Positions 20,480 through 42,884 of a DNA stretch of 64,000 nt are shown here, piece by piece. The translations under genes and the position numbers were made by a program. Source of the stretch: the human T2T-CHM13v2.0 reference genome, Homo sapiens; assembly GCF_009914755.1 (NCBI RefSeq), contig NC_060931.1. One strand, written 5' to 3'. Positions within the stretch are counted from its first letter, which is position 1. Every line of letters begins with the position of its first letter. The notes under the pieces were generated by a model. That model ran no database searches, was not told the DNA's origin, and was given only the letters and a program-made list of their open reading frames with translations.

Positions 20480-21005
20480 GTACTAAAGTCAGCATTCACT
20501 GGAGAAACAGGACTGATCAGATATATGTAGAGAAAGAGATTTATTATAAGGAATTGGCTCATGTGATTATGGAAGCCAATAAGTCCCAATATTTACATGA
20601 TGAGTCAATAAGCTGGAGATTCTGGAGAGCTGATGTTGGGGTTTCAGTTTGGGTCTGAAGGTCTGGGAACCAGGACAACTGATGATGTAATTTCTGTCTG
20701 AATGCTGGCAGACTCAAAACCCTTGAAGAGCTGATATTTCAAGTCCAAGGACAGGGGGAAAGCCCTATCCCAGCTCAAAGGCAGTCAGGCAGGAAGAAAT
20801 TCCTCTTACTCAGGGAAAAGTCAGCTTTTTTTGTTCTATCTCGGCCTTTGACGGATTAGATGAGGCCCACCCACATTAGGGAGCACAATCTGCTTTACTT
20901 AGTCCGCATAGTCAAATGTTAATCTCATCCACAAACACACTCACAGACACACCTAGCCTGGGCACCCCATGGCCCAGTCAATGTGACACATGAAATTGAC
21001 TATTG
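20480..21005 (-). mobile_element. MLT2-family LTR; a related fragment with (CA)n lies at about 17839-18090
   Basis: GAGATTTATTATAAGGAATTGGCTCATGTGATTATGG and GCCCACCCACATTAGGGAG motifs. Confidence 0.75.
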
Positions 21006-21157
21006 CAGAGCCCACAGTACCATTGGAATAGCCCCACTGAGAAATTCTAACTGCTTGCATTACTTGTGTAGCCCTCCACAGTGTGCAAAGCACTTTGCAT
21101 GTGCTTTATGTCATATCCAGGTCTTAGTTTCCCCACAGCACTCTGCCCATATTTTCT

Positions 21158-23698
21158 GTTTTTTTTTTTTTTACTTTAAGTTCCGGGAAACATGAGTAGA
21201 ATGTGCAGGTTTGTTACATACGTGTACCATGATGGTTTGTTGCACCTATCAACCTGTCACCGAGGTCTTAAGCCTGGCATAGATTTGCTCTTTGTCCTGA
21301 TGCTCTCCCTCCCCTCACCACCCCCCAACAGGCCCCCGGTGTGTGATGTTCCCCTCCCTGTGTCCATGTGTTCTCATTGTTCAACTCCCACTTATGAGTG
21401 AGAACATGCAGTGTTTGGTTTTCTGTTCCTATGTTAGTTTCCTGAGGATAATGGGTTCCAGCTTCATCCATGTCCCTGCAAAGGACATGATCTCCTTCCC
21501 TTTTGTGGCTACATAGTATTCCATGATGTATATATACCACGTTTTCTTTATCCGTCTATCATTGATGGGCATTTAGGTTGGTTCCATGTCTTTGCTATTG
21601 TGAATAGTGCTGCAATAAACATACATGTGAATGTATCTTTATAATAGGATGATTTATATTCCTTTGGGTATATACTTAGTAAGGGGATTGCTGGGTCAAA
21701 TGGTATTTCTGGTTCTAGATCCTTGAGGAATTGCCACACTCTCTTACACAATGGTTGAACTAATTTACGTTCCCACCAACAATGTGAAAGCATTCCTATT
21801 TCACCACAGCCTCGCCAGCATCTGTTGTTTCTTGACTTTTCAATAATCCCCATTCTGAGTGGTGTGAGATGGTATCTCATTGTGGTTTTGAGTTGCATTT
21901 CTCTAATGATCAGTGATGTTGAGCTTTTTGTCACATGTTTGTTGGCCACATAAATGTCTTCTTTTGAGAAGTGTCTGTTCATCCTGTCCTTTGCTCACTT
22001 TTAGATGGAGTTGTTTGTTTGTTTTTTTTCATGTAAATTTGTTTAAGTTCCTTGTAAATTCTGGATACTAGACCTTTGTCAGATGAGTAGATTGCAAAAA
22101 TTTTCTCCAATTCTGTAGGTTGCCTGTTCACTCTGATAATAGTTTATTTCGCTGTGAAGAAACTCTTTAGTTTAATTAGATCCTATTTGTCAATTTTAGC
22201 TTCTGTTGCAATTGCTTTTGGCAATTTCATCATAAAATCTTTGCCCATGCCTATGTCCTGAATGGTATTGCCTAGGTTTTCGTCTAAAGTTCTTATGGTT
22301 TTGGGTTTTACATTTAAGTCTTTAATCCATCTTGAGTTAATTTTTGTATAAGGTGTAAGGAAGAGGGTCCAGTTTCAGTTTTCTGCATGTGGTTAGCCAG
22401 TTTTCCTGGCACCATTTGTTAAATAGAAAATCCTTCCCCCATTGCTTGTTTTTGTCAGGTTTGTCAAAGATCAGTTGGTTGTAGATGTGTGGTCTTACTT
22501 CTGAGGTCTCTGTTCTGTTCCATTGGTCTATACATCTAATTTGGTACCAGTACCATGCTGTTTTGGTTACTGTAGCCTTGTAGTATAGTTTGAAGTCAGG
22601 TATCATGATGCCTCCAGCTTTGTTCTTTTTGCTTAGGATTGTCTTGGCTATGTGGGCTCTTTTTTGGCTCTATATGAATTTTAAAGTAGTTTTTTCTAAT
22701 TCTGTGAAAAATGTTAATGGTAGTTTGGTGGGAATAGCATTCAATCTATAAATTACTTTGGGAAGTATAGCCATTTTCACAATATTGGTTCTTCCTATCC
22801 ATGAGGATGGAATGTTTTTCCATTTCTTTGTGTCCTTTCTTATTTCCTTGAGCAGTGGTTTGTAGTTCTCCTTGAAGAGGTCCTTCACATCCCTTGTTAG
22901 CTGTATTCCTAGGTATTTTATTCTTTCTGTAGCAATTGTGAATGGGAGTTCAATCATGATTTGGCTCTCTGCTTGTCTATTGTTGGTGTATAGGAATGCT
23001 TGTGATTTTTACACATTGATTTTGTATTCTGAGACTTTCCTGAAGTTGCTTATCAGGTTAAGGAGTTTCTGGGGCTGAGACAATGGAGCTTTCTAAGTAT
23101 AGGATCATGTCATCTGCAAACAGAGACAATTTGGCTTCCTCTCTTCCTATTTGAATATGCTTCATTTCTTTCTCTTGCCTGATTGCCCTGGCCAGAACTT
23201 CCAGTGCTATGTTGAATAGGAGTGGTGAGAGAGGGCATCCTTGTCTTGTGCCGGTTTTCAAAGGGAATGCTTCCAGCTTTTGCCCATTCAGTATGATATT
23301 GGCTGTGGGTTTGTCATAAATAGCTCTTATTATTTTGAGATATGTCCCATCAGTACCTAGTTTGTTGAGGGTTTTTAACATGAAGTGATGCTGAATTTTA
23401 TGGAAGGCCTTTTCTGTATCTATTGAGATAATCATGTGCTTTTTGTCATTGGTTCTGTTTATGTGATGGATTACGTTTATTGATTTGCATATGTTGAACC
23501 AGCCTTGCATCCCAGGAATGAAGCCAACTTGATCGTGGTGGATAAGCTTTTTGATGTGCTGCTGGATTCGGTTTGCCAGTATTCTACTGAGGATTTTCGC
23601 ATCGATGTTCATCAGGAATATTGGCCTGAAGTTTTCTTTTTTCGTTATGTCTCTGCCCAGGTTTTGGCATCAGGATGATGTTGGCCTCATAAAATGAG
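21158..23698 (-). mobile_element. 5'-truncated L1PA LINE-1 (about 2.5 kb: RT and C-terminal ORF2, 3' UTR, poly-A), disrupted
   Basis: ORF2 fragments [13 protein letters not shown] / [10 protein letters not shown] / WYWYQ; T-tract at about 21158-21172; TSD AGCACTCTGCCCA(T/C)ATTTTCT at 21137-21157 and 23697-23717. Confidence 0.95.
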
Positions 23699-24561
23699 CA
23701 CTCTGCCCACATTTTCTTTCTTTCTCTCTTTTGTGCAGTTGGCGGGCCACCATGCACACACCCGCTGTCTGGCATCTTCTTCTGTTTCCTTTAACAACAC
23801 AGCTTGGCAGGTGTCCTCTGACCAGCCACATAAAACTACCTCCTTTGTTAAAGAAATTGGTCTATGGGACATTTTGAATCCCTCTGAGCCAGGTGGAAAT
23901 ACGGCCTCTGGGCACGACTGGAGCGGTAAGGGAGTATTACAATTATTTATACCATGTTCTCCTTTCCCCTGATATTATAATAATAACTGACACTTAATGC
24001 CTGCTCATCCCAGCTGGTTTGCATATGTTACCTCCAATGTTTACAAGATCCCTGCAAGGGAAGGAACGTCATTTGCATTTTACTGAAGAAGAAACTGAAG
24101 TTCAGAGGGCTGAATCATTGGCTATGAGCCTCAGGTCTGTCCAACATCCGTCCTCTCTCAACTGTTTCCTCCCTAACGTGGGGATCAGAACCAATCGCAG
24201 TGCCTGCCACGTTGCCAGCCCCTCTGGGGAGAAATTGCCCTCTCTGAAGCCCCCGCTGAAGCGAGCCCTCTACAGACCAAAGGACCCAGCCACTCTGGCA
24301 CCCGCTGACCCACCAGGGGGCCACCCAAGCCACAGCGCATGAAACAGACTCTTAGTCTCCAGAGCTTGAGTGTGAAATAATGGAGAAATTGTCCACATAA
24401 AATCAGGGTGGGATCAGAAGCCAGGAGGTGGAGTTGGAGCCTCAATAAGCACAGTTGGGAAGAAGCAGAAGCCGCAAAGAAGTTGAGCTGCTAAATAGAA
24501 AAAAAGATCAGCTGAGTGGAGGTGAGAATAAATCTGGAGCAGAGGCATAGAGCGTGTGTAA

Positions 24562-24804
<243 letters not shown>

Positions 24805-27127
24805 TAGCTAATTTTTTCCTATTTTGTAGTGATGGGGTCTCACTCTCTTGCCCAGGTTGGTCTCAAGCTCCTGGCCTCAAGTGATCCTCCTGCCTCAGTC
24901 ACCCCTTCTTAAAAACAGAGTAATTTTGTGCTTCTGTTTAAATAACACATCCAGAAGAGGTGAGCCCATGGAGGCAGAAAGCCGATGGCATTGCCAGCGG
25001 TGGAAAGAGGGGAAATGGGGAGACAGTGCTGTGGGCACGGGCTTTCCTTTTGGGGTGATGAAAACATATTGGAACTAGACAGAGGTGGCGGTGGCACAGC
25101 ATTGTGAGACATTGTTCCACGGAACGGTTCAACTTAAAATGACTAATTTTATGTTACGTGAATTTAACCTTAAAACAACAACCACAATCATAATAATAAT
25201 AATTTTAAAACAGAACAACAACCACCCCCCACAGATGAAAAGTTTCCAGCTCTACCAGGCCTGTACAGGGAGTCCTTGCACCAAGCTACTCCTGTGGCAC
25301 CCCAGGCTCCAAGGAACAAAGTTTGAGAACCACACATTAAATCACTACAGCACATCAAGCTTCCTTCTATAGTACTTTCCAGTATCATCTGCCTATAAAG
25401 TGTGCATGAAAGTCTGAAGAGATTTCTCAGGCTCTTCTAACTTATTCAAAGATCATTTTAGAAGTGAAAATAGCCTTAAGGATAACTTTTGGAGAATTTC
25501 AGTTTATTTGTGAGTTAATGGCAGCCAGGATATGGTAAAAGAGCATGTTGGTCAAAGGACCTGAGTATGAATTCTAACTCCATGTACAAGAAACAGCTTC
25601 TCAGAGCCTCTGTTAGCTGTATTTTCTACGCAATGGCAATAAGACTGCCTTAACAGTCATATGAGAACCAAATGAGATAGGATGCCGGGGCAGTGGCTCA
25701 CATTCTGTAATCCCAGCACTTTGGAAGACAGAGCAGGGAGGATCGTTTAAGTCCAGGAGTTCGAGACACACCTGGGCAACATAGCGAGACCCCATCTCTA
25801 CAAAAATTTAAAAATTAGCTGGACATGGTGGTGTGCGCCTGTAGCCCCAGCTACTCAGAAAGGTGAGGTGGGAGGATCATTTGAGCCCGGGAGGTCGAGG
25901 TTGCAGTGAGTTGCATGCCACTGCACTTCAGCCTGGGTGACAGAGTGAGACTCTGTCAAAAAAAAAAAAAGAACTAAGTGAGATAGGAATTGGAAACAAG
26001 CCCCAGGACATAAAGAATGCCCATGAAGCTGGGCGTGGCGGCTCACGCCTATAATCCCAGCATTTTGGGAGGCCGAGGCGGGCAGATCACCTGAGGTCAG
26101 GAGTTTGAGACCAGCCTGGCCAACATGGTGAAACCCCATCTCTACTAAAACTAGAAAAATTTGCTGGGGGTGTGGCATGCACCGGGTGTGGCATGCCCCT
26201 GTAATCCCAGCTACTCAGGAGGCTGAAGCAAGAGAATCACTTGAACCCAGGAGGTGGAGGTTGCAATGAGCTGATACCACGCCATTGCACTCCCAGCCTG
26301 GGTGACAAAAGCAAAACTCTGTCTCAAAAAAAAAAAAAAAAAAAAAAAGAATGCACATGAAATTTTTCCTTTACAGGAAAAAAAAAAGGACAATTCATGC
26401 AATAGGTACAGCTATAAAAAAATAAAAACCTGATGTTGAGGAAGAGCATTTATCCATGCGAAAAGATTCATAAAATATTGCAGAGTGAAAGAAAAAGCAG
26501 ACTTCAAAATACCCTGCTGAATGCACCATTAATTTTGTAAATATGTATGTCTTGTCATCTTACACAAATATATAATTTTATAATTGGATGGAATTTGGTA
26601 ATTATTCATCAATTTGCAGTATGTATAATTTATGTGTGTATGTGTGGGTGTATACATACATTTAAAACCTAAGATTATTTTCAAAATATTAGGAGTGGTT
26701 ATTCCTGGGTAGCAGGATGTAAGAGAGATGGTGAATTTTTGTGTTTTCTCTGGGTTTTTTTTTTTTCAAACTGTTTGCATCGAGTATGAATTGTTTATAA
26801 TAGAAGGTGAAGGAGAATTACCCAGTGGGTACACCTGCCTTTGTCTCAGACGTTTGGCAGTATTCCTGAATCTGTGCAACCTACTTTATAGTTTAGCACT
26901 TTGAATTATATATAAACTGAACCATCTGGAAAGTGTTTTTGTATTAGATTATTCAGCTGTGAAAACTGGCTAAAGTAAAACAGACATATCTTAACACGTG
27001 TACATACAAGAAAGGTTATGCTGTCAGAGTCCGATTTGAAGAAATTTGCTTTGTTTGGTTTTTTGGTTTGGCTTAGTTTAGCTGAACCTGGTTTTTTTTG
27101 TCTGGTCTTTTTTTTTTTTTTTTTTAA

Positions 27128-27338
<211 letters not shown>

Positions 27339-28302
27339 TAGACAATGATTTCAAGGACTTTTTCTGTAGAGGGAAGGTGAGAAATAGGTTGGTAGTTGGG
27401 AAAGAAAGTAAAGTCCAAAGAGGGTATTTTCCCTTCTATTTTAAAAGTAGTTAAAGACACACTTTTGTCATGGGTGTATTTTGAATTTTTTAAATTTTCG
27501 TGGGTGCAAAGTAGTTGTATATATTTATGGGGTAGTGTATATATTTATGGAGCAGTCATGGGTGTATTTTGGAGACACTTCTGGATGTAATAAGATTCTG
27601 TTACTGATAATTCATTTTCTGTCTTCCTGCACTCCTCACTAATATGTCCCAGGGTGTTATGGGTTAAATCACGTCCTTCCAAAAATTCATAGGTTTAAGT
27701 CCTAACCCCCAGGACCTGAGAAAAGGACCATATTTGGAAACAGGGTCCTTGCAAATCTAATTAGTAAGGTGAGGTCACACTGGAGGAGGGTGAGCCCTAC
27801 ATCAGTATGACTGATGACCTTATAAAAAGAGGGAAGATGCTAGGCACAGTGGCTCATGCCTGTAATCCCAGCACTTTGGGAAGCCAAGGAGGGAGAATTG
27901 CTTGAGGCTGGGAGTTCGAGACCAGCCTGGGCAACATAGCCAGACCCAGTCTCTATAAAAACTAAAAATTAACCTGGCAAGGTGACACATGCCTGTAGTC
28001 CCAACTACTCAGGAAGCTGAAGTGAGAGGGTCGCTTGATCCCAGGAGTTCAAGGTTGCAGTGTGCTACAATTATGCCGCTGCACTCCAGCACGAGTAACA
28101 GAGCAAGACCCTATCTCTTTAAAACATTTAAATTAGAAAAAAAAAAAAAGCCTGGGCACGGTGGCTCATGCCTGTAGTCCCAGCACTTTGGGAGGCCAAG
28201 GCGGGCAGATCACTTGAGGCCAGGAGTCCAAACTCCGTCTCTACTAAAAATACAAAAAATTAACCAGGCGTGGTGATGCATGCCTGTAATCTCAGCTACT
28301 CA

Positions 28303-28563
<261 letters not shown>

Positions 28564-29650
28564 TTAGAAGGCAAGACCTGTTTAGAGTCCAAATTGAAAC
28601 ATGGATGGACAGAGAAGCCCTGCTGCAGCAGGATTGGCTCTGGAAGCCAGAAAGGATACTGCCCCCAAGAGGCTCTATTTTGATCCCTTTGTGTTAATAA
28701 CAGAGGAGGGAGCCCTTGAGACACAGCTTCTTCCGAAGGCTACCTTTGTCCACTCCCCACTGTAGCGGAATCTCTTGCTTATTTTCCAGAAAAACCATCC
28801 CATTCAACAATGAATGACAGCAAAGGAATAGGCTTGACCTCCACACAAAGGTGCCATAATAAAAAGGACATGGAAGAACAGCTTAACTTTCCAACACACG
28901 AGAAAACATCCCAGGCAAATGAAGCGCAAAGCAGCTGAAAGCCGAGACCCAAGATTTCAACGTGAGCTAAAACGAATTAAGAAAATAATTGAATTTTTGA
29001 AAGAACAACACAAACGTGAAATATAAGAGCTTAGAGATTATGAAAAAGAAATTGACAGTGCTCAGAGAAAAAATTGGAAATCATTTTAGAAACAAAGGGC
29101 AAATTACAGGGAAGACACAGGAGAACAGACAAGGAAAGCCTGGCAAAGGATGTTTCATGAAGAAAGAAGAAGGTCAAACAAAATGAAATAGGTGAAGACA
29201 AACTTTTGTTGTTGTTTTTCAGAGATGGTCTCACTCTGTTGCCCAGGCTGGAGTGTAGTGGTGCGATCATAGCTCCCTGCAGCCTCAAGTGTTAAGCCAT
29301 CCTAGAGCCTCAGCCTCCCAAGCAGCTAGGACTACAAGCATGCACCACCATGCCTGGCTAATTGTTTTAATTTTTTGCAGAGATGGGGGTGTCACTATGT
29401 TGTCCAGGCTGGTCTCGAACTCCTGGTTTCAAGCAATCCTCCTGCCTCAGTCTGAAGATTTTTTTTCATTTTGTTTTGAGGCAGGGTCTCACTCTGTCAC
29501 CCAGGCTGGAGTTGCAGTGGTGCAATCTCGGGGCGCTGCAACCTCCACCTCTCAGGTTTAAGTGATCGTCCCACCTCAGCCTCCTGAGTAGCTGGGATTG
29601 CAGGTGTGCACCACCATGCCCTGCTAAGTTTTTTTGTTTTTTTTTTTTAA

Positions 29651-29788
<138 letters not shown>

Positions 29789-29939
29789 TAACTGGCTAAT
29801 TTTTGTATTTTTTTTGTAGAGACAGGGTGTTGCCACGTTGCCCAAGCTGGTCTCCAACTCCTGGGCTCAAGCGATCAGCCCACCTCGGCCTCCCAAAGTG
29901 CTGGAATTATAGGCATGGGCCACTGTGCCTGGCTTAAGA

Positions 29940-33570
<3,631 letters not shown>

Positions 33571-34213
33571 TATCCAGTAGCACCGTCTGGAATTGTGCAG
33601 TGCACAGCTTGCGCAACCATATATGAATGTAGACCATTGTCTACAAAGCCCAACATGATCTGGCCTTGCTTCCCAACTTCAAGTCTACTTTCCTGGTACA
33701 ATGAGTTATTTTCTGTTTCTTCAAGGAGGCTATGTTTTCTCCTACCTCTGTGCCTCTGTGGTTAGAGTTATTAGTTCCATTTAACAAATGAGAAAAGTAA
33801 GGTTCCAAAAGGGTAAGTAACCTGCCCAAGTCTGTATGTCTTGCTGGTCTCTGGAAGTGACCAGTGAGTAACAAACCTGCAATGTTCAAGAGTCAGAGTA
33901 GATGTCAGAATATCTGTTACTCATCTGTGATGAGAATCAAAATGGTCAGATCAGAAATATTTCTTTCTGTCTGTTGTATCTCCTTGCATGAGAGGAAAGA
34001 TGCTATGGAATTGCATTGAGAAATCATTGAAGAAAGAACTGAAATTCCCAAGGCCAACATGAGCAGCATGTTCTCCCCATTGTGCAGATCAGAAGGCAAT
34101 GGGGCAAGCTCCAAATCTCAACAAGAGGTCTCATTGGGTCAAAGGTCCAGCAGCCATCCTGATGTTTCCATCCCGTGATGGAGATACTCTTGCCGGTGGG
34201 ACCCAGACAGCTA

Positions 34214-34571
<358 letters not shown>

Positions 34572-34788
34572 TTACCACCAGGTCAAGCTGAAGCTCCCAA
34601 GAAGACATGCCATTGCAGGTTGAGAAGCGCTCAGACAGAAGAGGTCAGACACCCTCCAATCCTGCCGTCCTGGAGCAATGTGGTGCCCTGCTGGTGACCT
34701 TGATTCTCTCTGCTCCAGCCCATCTCTAGCCCATCAGAATGATACTCTCTCTTGTCAAAAGGAAGTCTCAGCAGGGGACAGTGGCTCA

Positions 34789-35086
<298 letters not shown>

Positions 35087-37066
35087 TCATTTTCTAATTC
35101 TAATTCTTCAAAGGTCAACGCCTCCCAGCAGCCCCAAAATATCTACAGCACCTCTATAGGTCAGTGTTGTATTCTATATTATTGAATTATTCTGTAGGTT
35201 GGTGTTGTTACTCCACACTGATTATAGTGTTTCTGTGGAGGGGCATTATAGTAGGAGGCTAGTTCCTGTGAATGCTTCTACTCTATAGCTGCCTGATCGA
35301 TTCTCAATGAAGTCGCCACCTCCAAATGTTTTCTGAGCTTTTTTTTTTTTTTTGAATGGTTACAGACAAGGTCTTACTCTGTTGCCCAGGCTGGAGTCCA
35401 GTGGCACAATCATAGCTCACAGCAGTCTCGACTTCCCAGGCTCAGGCAATCCTCCTGCCTCAGTTTCCTGAGCAGCTGAGACTACAGGCATGTGTCATCA
35501 TGCCTGGCTAATTTCAGCTCTTTTTATTTTGGTTTGGCTCTGGTTTTGGTTTTGAGACAGGGTCTCGCGCTGTCTCCCAGGCTGGAGTGCAGTGGCATAA
35601 TCCTAGCTCACAACAACCTTGACCTCCTGGACTCAAGCAGTTCTCCTGCCTCAGCCCTCCAAGTAGCTAGGACTACAGGCACATACCACCACACCCAGCT
35701 AAAGTTTCTTTTCTTTTTTTTTTTTTTTTTTTTTTGAGACAGAGTCTTGCTCTGTCGCCCAGGCTAGAGTGCAGTGGCGCCATCTCGGCTCACCGCAACC
35801 TCTGCCTCCTGGGTTCAAGCAATTCTCTGCCTCAGCCTCCCGACTAGCTGGGATTATAGGCACCAGCCACCATGCCTGGCTAACGTTTGTATTTTTAGTA
35901 GAGATGGGTTTCACCATCTTGGCCAGGCTGGTCTCGAACTCCTGACCTCATGATCCACCCGCGTCGGCCTCCCAAAGTGCTGGGATTACAGGCGTGAGCC
36001 ACCATGCCTGCCCATGTTTTTATTTTTTTGAAGAGATGGAGTCTGGCTATGTTACCCAGACTAATCTTGAACCCCTAGACTCAAGCGATCCTCCTGCCTG
36101 GGCCTCCCAAAATGCTGGGATTACAGGTGTGAGCCACCACACCTGCCTCCTTTCTGAGCTTTATAGTCAAGAGACCACGATCATCTCCCACCCACATCCC
36201 TCCAGCACTCCTTACGCATCCGTTTGTCTTTGTATCTCAGAACGCATCTTTACACTGCATTTCACAGTTCCATTTTCCTAGCAGGTTCAGAGCTCATGCC
36301 AGACGCTGTGGAAGGATTGTTTTTTGACTCTCTAATACTGTGGAAGAAAAAGAGATCTTCCAGATATCAGAGTTCTCCTGACAGCTGAAGAAGTGATGGA
36401 TGAGCTGGGGTCTCAATTCATCAGAACATCAAGGTAGGAGGCTGGTGCCTGCCACTCACTCTTCTCACCTGAGTCGTTCCGACGTGTAAGATCACGCTCC
36501 TATTTGGAAGCAGAAAACACTTGTCAAAGCTGGATGCACAGGTCCATTCATCCAAAAGTGGTATGAAAGGGTGCAGATGGAATGGTGAATTGGGCAGTTT
36601 GCTCAAGGTGAACTTGAACAGGAAACAAAAGAGGCTGTAGACAGGTGCACATGAAAATCGAAGTCTCATTCTTGGTTTTCTTCCCTGTACTTAGGAGGTC
36701 TATGGTGGCAAAAAAAAAATCCTGGTGGGCGCTGCAGGTGTGACACTTCACCTTCTTATTACTTGTGGCCTGCAGTTACTCTGACGCGCACCCTGAAGCA
36801 TCATTTGCAGTGCCCCCTACTCGGTCCCTACCTCCTCCCTGCCTGTGTGAGGGCTAACAGGTAGCTAAGAGCGCCTGGGACTCAGTAGGTCAGAGTTCTC
36901 ACCCAAGCTCAGGTGCCAGATCCCTGGGCCTGGGAACATCACAGTCATTTGTAAATTCAGTGCAATCCCAATCAAAATTCCAGCTGGATTTGTTTAAGCA
37001 GCTGTACAATTTATTTCAAAATTTACTTGGTGGAATAACAGGTCACAGAAATCTAAGTCCAATTTA

Positions 37067-38611
<1,545 letters not shown>

Positions 38612-38810
38612 CCACTGCAATCTAGCCTGGGTGACAAAGCAAGATCCTGACCTCAAAAAAAAAAAAAAAAAAGGTTAAAGGGAACTTTCCTTAGCACACA
38701 TTAAAGCCATCATAATTTTTTAAAACTCTATTGGTTGTGCTGGGCGTGGTGGCATGCACCTGTAATCCCAGCACTTTGGGAGGCTAAGGCAGACAGATCA
38801 CTTGAGGTCA

Positions 38811-39104
<294 letters not shown>

Positions 39105-39147
39105 TCATGTGTAGGACCGTATTCTATCTTAATGCGCCATGAAAGGT

Positions 39148-39545
39148 GCATTAGGCCGTTCTTGTGTTGCTGTAAAGGAATACCTGAGACTGGGTAATTT
39201 ATAAAGAAAAGAGGTTTAATTGGCTCACAGTTCTGCAGACTGTACAGGAAACATGGTGCCAGCATCTGCTTGGCTGCAGGTGAGGCCTCAGGGAGCTTTC
39301 AGTCATGGTGAAAGGCAAAGTGGAAGCAGGCATCTCACATGGTGCAAAAACAGGAGCAAGAATGCAGCAAGATGCCATGTGCCTTTAAACAACCAGATCT
39401 GGTGAGAGCTCACTATCACAAGGACAGCACCAAGCCCTGAGGAATCCGCCCCCATGATTCCAACACCTCCCACCAGGCCCCACCTCCAGTATTGCGGATT
39501 ACATCTCAACATGGGATTTGGAGGGGAAAACGTCTGAATTATTCA
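39148..39545 (-). mobile_element. MST-type MaLR LTR
   Basis: GGAATACCTGAGACTGGGTAATTTATAAAGAAAAGAGGTTTAATTGGCTCAC. Confidence 0.8.
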
Positions 39546-39674
39546 TATATCCAAGAGACCTTCCCACCCATCAATGTGTAGAGGGCCGGCTATCTAGTAG
39601 ATGGCATTGGGGGCCAGTCACGGTGGCTCACACCTGTAATCCCAGCACTTTGGGAGGCCAAGGCGGACGAATCA

Positions 39675-39953
<279 letters not shown>

Positions 39954-40141
39954 TTACATTCAAAGATAGACTCCAAATCACTCAGTATCTGTTGGAAAAG
40001 ACAATCAAAACCAAGAGTGGAGGAGACTATCTTTATGAACTATGCTTGGGTAAGAGCTTCTTAAACTTTAGAAACATAACCTATAAGAGAAATAAATTGA
40101 TGGATTTAATTATATCAAAATTAAATGTTCCTGTTCAATGA

Positions 40142-40282
<141 letters not shown>

Positions 40283-40285
40283 TGA

Positions 40286-40498
<213 letters not shown>

Positions 40499-41086
40499 TA
40501 GTTATTTGCATAAAATGGACAAGAGATTGGGACCTCGAACATTCAAGTAACTCCCAGAAATCAATAAAACAAAAAGAGGCCAGGCACAGTGGGTAGCCAG
40601 GGCACAGAGCAGAGCCCATCCCAGGACTGACCCTGGACTGGGCGTGGTGGCTCAGGCATGTAATCCCAGCACTTTGGGAGGCTGAGGCAAGAGGCTCGCT
40701 TGAGGCCAGGAGGTCGAGACCAGCCTGGACAGCATAGCAAGACCCCATCTCTACAAAAAGAGATTAAAAATAAATTTAAATAGGAAAAAGAGAAGAACCC
40801 CAAATAGGAAAATGAGCAGAAAACATGAACAGATGATAGATGGAAGAAGAAACCCACAGGTTAACAAGCATATAGAGAGGCCCAAATTCATCCATAAGCA
40901 GATAAATGAACATTAATCAGTAAAATTGTATCACTCTGGACCTAATAGGCTGGCAAAAATTGGCACATTGAATGATGCCAAGGGTGGTCAGAAGGGGGTC
41001 CTCAGGCACCCCAGGTGGGAGTATGAACTCATGCTATTGTTCTGAAGAATAACACAGCACTGCTTAGCTACACTAAAGAAAGGTGC

Positions 41087-41776
41087 TGATATGGTTTGGA
41101 TTTATGTCCCAGCCCAAATCTCAGGTCAATTTTTTTTTTTTTTTTGAGATAGAGTCTTGCTCTGTTGCCCAGGCTGGACTGCAGTGGCATGATCTCAGCT
41201 CACTGCAACCTCCATCTCCTGGGTTTAAGCAACTCTCTGCCTCAGCCTCCTGAGTACCTGAGATTACAGGCATGTGCCACCATGCCCAGCTGATTTTTGT
41301 ATTTTTAGTAGAGACAGGGTTTCACCGTCTTGGCCAGGCTGGTCTTGAACTCCTGACCTCGTCATCCACCTGCCTTGACCTCCCAAAGTGCTGGGATTAC
41401 AGGCGTGAGCCACCGTGCCCAGCCTCTCAGTACAAATTCTAATCCATAACGTTGGAGGAGAGGCCTGGTGGGAGGTGATTGGATCATGAAGGCAGATTTC
41501 CCCCTTGCTGTTCTCGTGAGAGTGAGTGAATTCTCAGGAGACCTGGTTGTTTATAAGTGTGAGGCCCCTCCCCCTTCTCTCTCTTCCTCCTGCTCCAGGC
41601 ATGTGAGACGTGCCTGCCTCCCCTTCACCTTCCACCATGATTATGAGTTTCCTGAGGCCTCCCCAGCCATGCTTCCTGTACAGCCTGTGGAACCGTGAGC
41701 CAATTAAACCTCTTTTCTGTATAAATTACCCAGCCTCAGATAGTTCTTTATAGCAATGCGAGACTGCACGAATACA
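41087..41776 (+). mobile_element. MSTA-like LTR split by an Alu (about 41128-41423)
   Basis: TGATATGGTTTGG start, AATACA end, MST body. Confidence 0.8.
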
Positions 41777-42073
41777 GCCACCCTATAGTCTTGCAACTTC
41801 ACTCCTGGATCTGTTTCCCAAGGAATTCACACACGGATCCAGAAGGGCCCACATTCAAGATCTTTCATGGCAGTGTTTTTTGATGGTGGGGAGCTGGGCA
41901 CATGCTGTGAATCCATCCCTGTGGGGTGGACAGGTAAGATGCCAGGGTGCCTGCCATGGAATAGCACACAGCAGTTAGAAGCCACTGAAGCTGTGTACAC
42001 ATAGCAGCAGAGATAGAGCTTGAAAGTATAGTCTATAAGACTAAGCTATTTTGGGATAGCCAAAGTTATATAT

Positions 42074-42104
<31 letters not shown>

Positions 42105-42879
42105 TAAGATACATTATTTTGGCATAGCCAAAATAAGAAATAAATAATAATAAATATGTATTAATTATTAATGTTATTATTTATTTTATTATTGGTTATT
42201 AATAATATAATCACAAATAATAATGATAATTATTATTTATTTATTTCTTTATTTTATTTATTATTTATTAGAAAAAGATCTATAGCATAATAGTTTCATA
42301 AAATAAAAATATGTGTGTGGAAAACAATACATATAAACCAAAAGTTACAAATTAAATGTATTACAATGCTTGCCTTTGGTGGGGGGAACCAAGTGTAGGG
42401 ACAAAAGAGAATACATTTTAAAATAAAACAAGAGAGGGGCCTGGTACAGACCAGATTATTAAGATAATCATGGCACAAACTGAAGGACATGATTATCTGA
42501 ATCTTCTGTACCTCAGACCCAAAAGTGGGGGAACAACGTTTATGGCTTCAGGTATGGCTTGATCCAGGCTCCCGAATAATGCTCTCGAGTCTCACACAGG
42601 CTTTCTTCATGTGGTGGCTCTTAGTGGCTTTGGGCTTATAGCCCACATATTAAGCAGCCCCAGCAGGTAAAGGACATTGCTTTACCAATAGTGTCAGCAA
42701 AAGTTCCAAGGCTGACATTAAATCAATCCAGGTTACTTCCATATCACTTAACCAATCAATTATTATGGCAAGAGAAATTGAATCAGCTGATTGGCCAAGC
42801 TGGGGCCAATTCCCGCCCCTGGAGATGAGGAGAAGGACCAAACCCACCTAACCCCATGATCTGAAAATGAGGGAAGTGT

Positions 42880-42884
<5 letters not shown>

